From: Antedon mediterranea
Taxonomy: Eukaryota > Animalia > Echinodermata
DNA: 64,000 nt
Assembly: GCF_964355755.1 (NCBI RefSeq)
Contig: NC_092677.1
Coordinates: 5,416,101 to 5,480,100 of the forward strand
Reading direction: 5' to 3'
Numbering within the stretch: position 1 is the first letter of the stretch; every line of letters begins with the position of its first letter. Below are positions 63,010 through 64,000 of the stretch, one piece after another. Position numbers and translations under genes: made by a program. The notes under the pieces were generated by a model that was not told where the DNA came from, ran no database searches, and saw nothing but the letters and a program-made list of their open reading frames with translations.

Positions 63010-64000
63010 AACAACATTCCCAATATATAATAGGCCTAGCTAGGCCTAGGCCTATCCCTCTCTCTAGCCTAGTGCTAACTAGCCTGGCTAGGTAGGCCGA
63101 ACTAGTTATGCTAGTATGCCTAGTAGCCTAGCTAGCTAGAGAGGCTAGCCTAACTAGGCCGGGCCTAGCTAGGCCTAGGCCTACTAGAAAACAGTAGTTG
63201 GCGGTCAGTCTAATTACCGAAAACAACCAAAATCAACCATAAAACAACCGAAAACAAACCGAAAAACAAAATAAAATAATCTAAATACCGAAAACAAATT
63301 TGTATATGAATTTTTAATGTTGCCCTCTACTGATGGGTGTTTCTAGAGCAAAGACCATGGCCACCGTGTGGCAGAGAGAAGACCGCGTGCGCAAAAGCCA
63401 AGGAAGACCCTACGAAATGGTAGTGTGCACAAAACACAACTAAAAATCGTACAATCAATCAATGATAACATTGCATTTACTTACAGAATCTATAAAAATA
63501 TTTTGATTTTAGTCTTTCGGTTTTTTATCCAGAAACCAATGCATTTACTCCTCACAATAATTGTGAATACGTTAATCCATAGTATAGAAATTAAATTGAC
63601 TATGGTTAATCATGAATAATTTAATTATAGATTTTCAAAGATAATAATACAAAAATGATATTTTTAAGAATATTGATATTAATATTAGGGACTATAAATT
63701 ATACTTAAAACAAGCTCACAATAAAGGATTCACAATAAAATCTGTTCGGTAAAATTACCGTAGTCGAGTAAATAACGTTTTTATCCTTAATCACTTCAGT
63801 ATTAACTTAAGTGATGAAAACGCAATGTTAGATTTGTAAGTAAATGTAGTCTACGGTGTATATCATTGAATTTGTACGATTTTGAGTTGTATTTTGTGCA
63901 CACTACCATTTCGTCGTAGGGTTTTCCTTGGCTTTTAGCCTTTTGCGCGCGCGGTTTTCTCTCTGCATGATCTTAGCTTTAGAAACGTCCATCAGCAGAG

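Noticed and set aside
62155-63185. Dense TAGGCCTA/CTAG palindromic runs
   Set aside because: Low-complexity motif scattered across the whole window, with no evidence of specific function.

Overview
AT-rich, intron-containing animal genomic DNA. An invertebrate deuterostome such as an echinoderm is a guess from composition and frequent TAGGCCTA motifs. Positions 1-40 kb hold an immunoglobulin-superfamily receptor locus with two paralogous genes facing tail-to-tail. Gene A (+, 24..28225, 5' end outside the window) can be spliced by hand through 23 phase-compatible GT-AG exons into about 1466 codons. Its order is six Ig exons, a transmembrane exon, a half-Ig/Cys-rich exon, low-complexity linker exons, four more Ig exons, and a C-terminal Asp-box sialidase-fold (GH33/NEU-like) domain lacking most catalytic residues. 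Gene C (-, 36720..39816) is a complete receptor of about 430 aa with a homologous V-I-miniIg ectodomain and a tail carrying ITIM/ITAM-like tyrosine motifs. Between them is an intron-containing WD40 gene fragment bracketed by two Helitron-like copies. Positions 40-64 kb are a transposon nest: a Kolobok element (THAP + KolX/P2X7-ballast-like), Mutator-like elements with 9-bp TSDs, an Academ-like foldback element, MITEs and LINE remnants. All models come from manual reading, with no transcript or database evidence.
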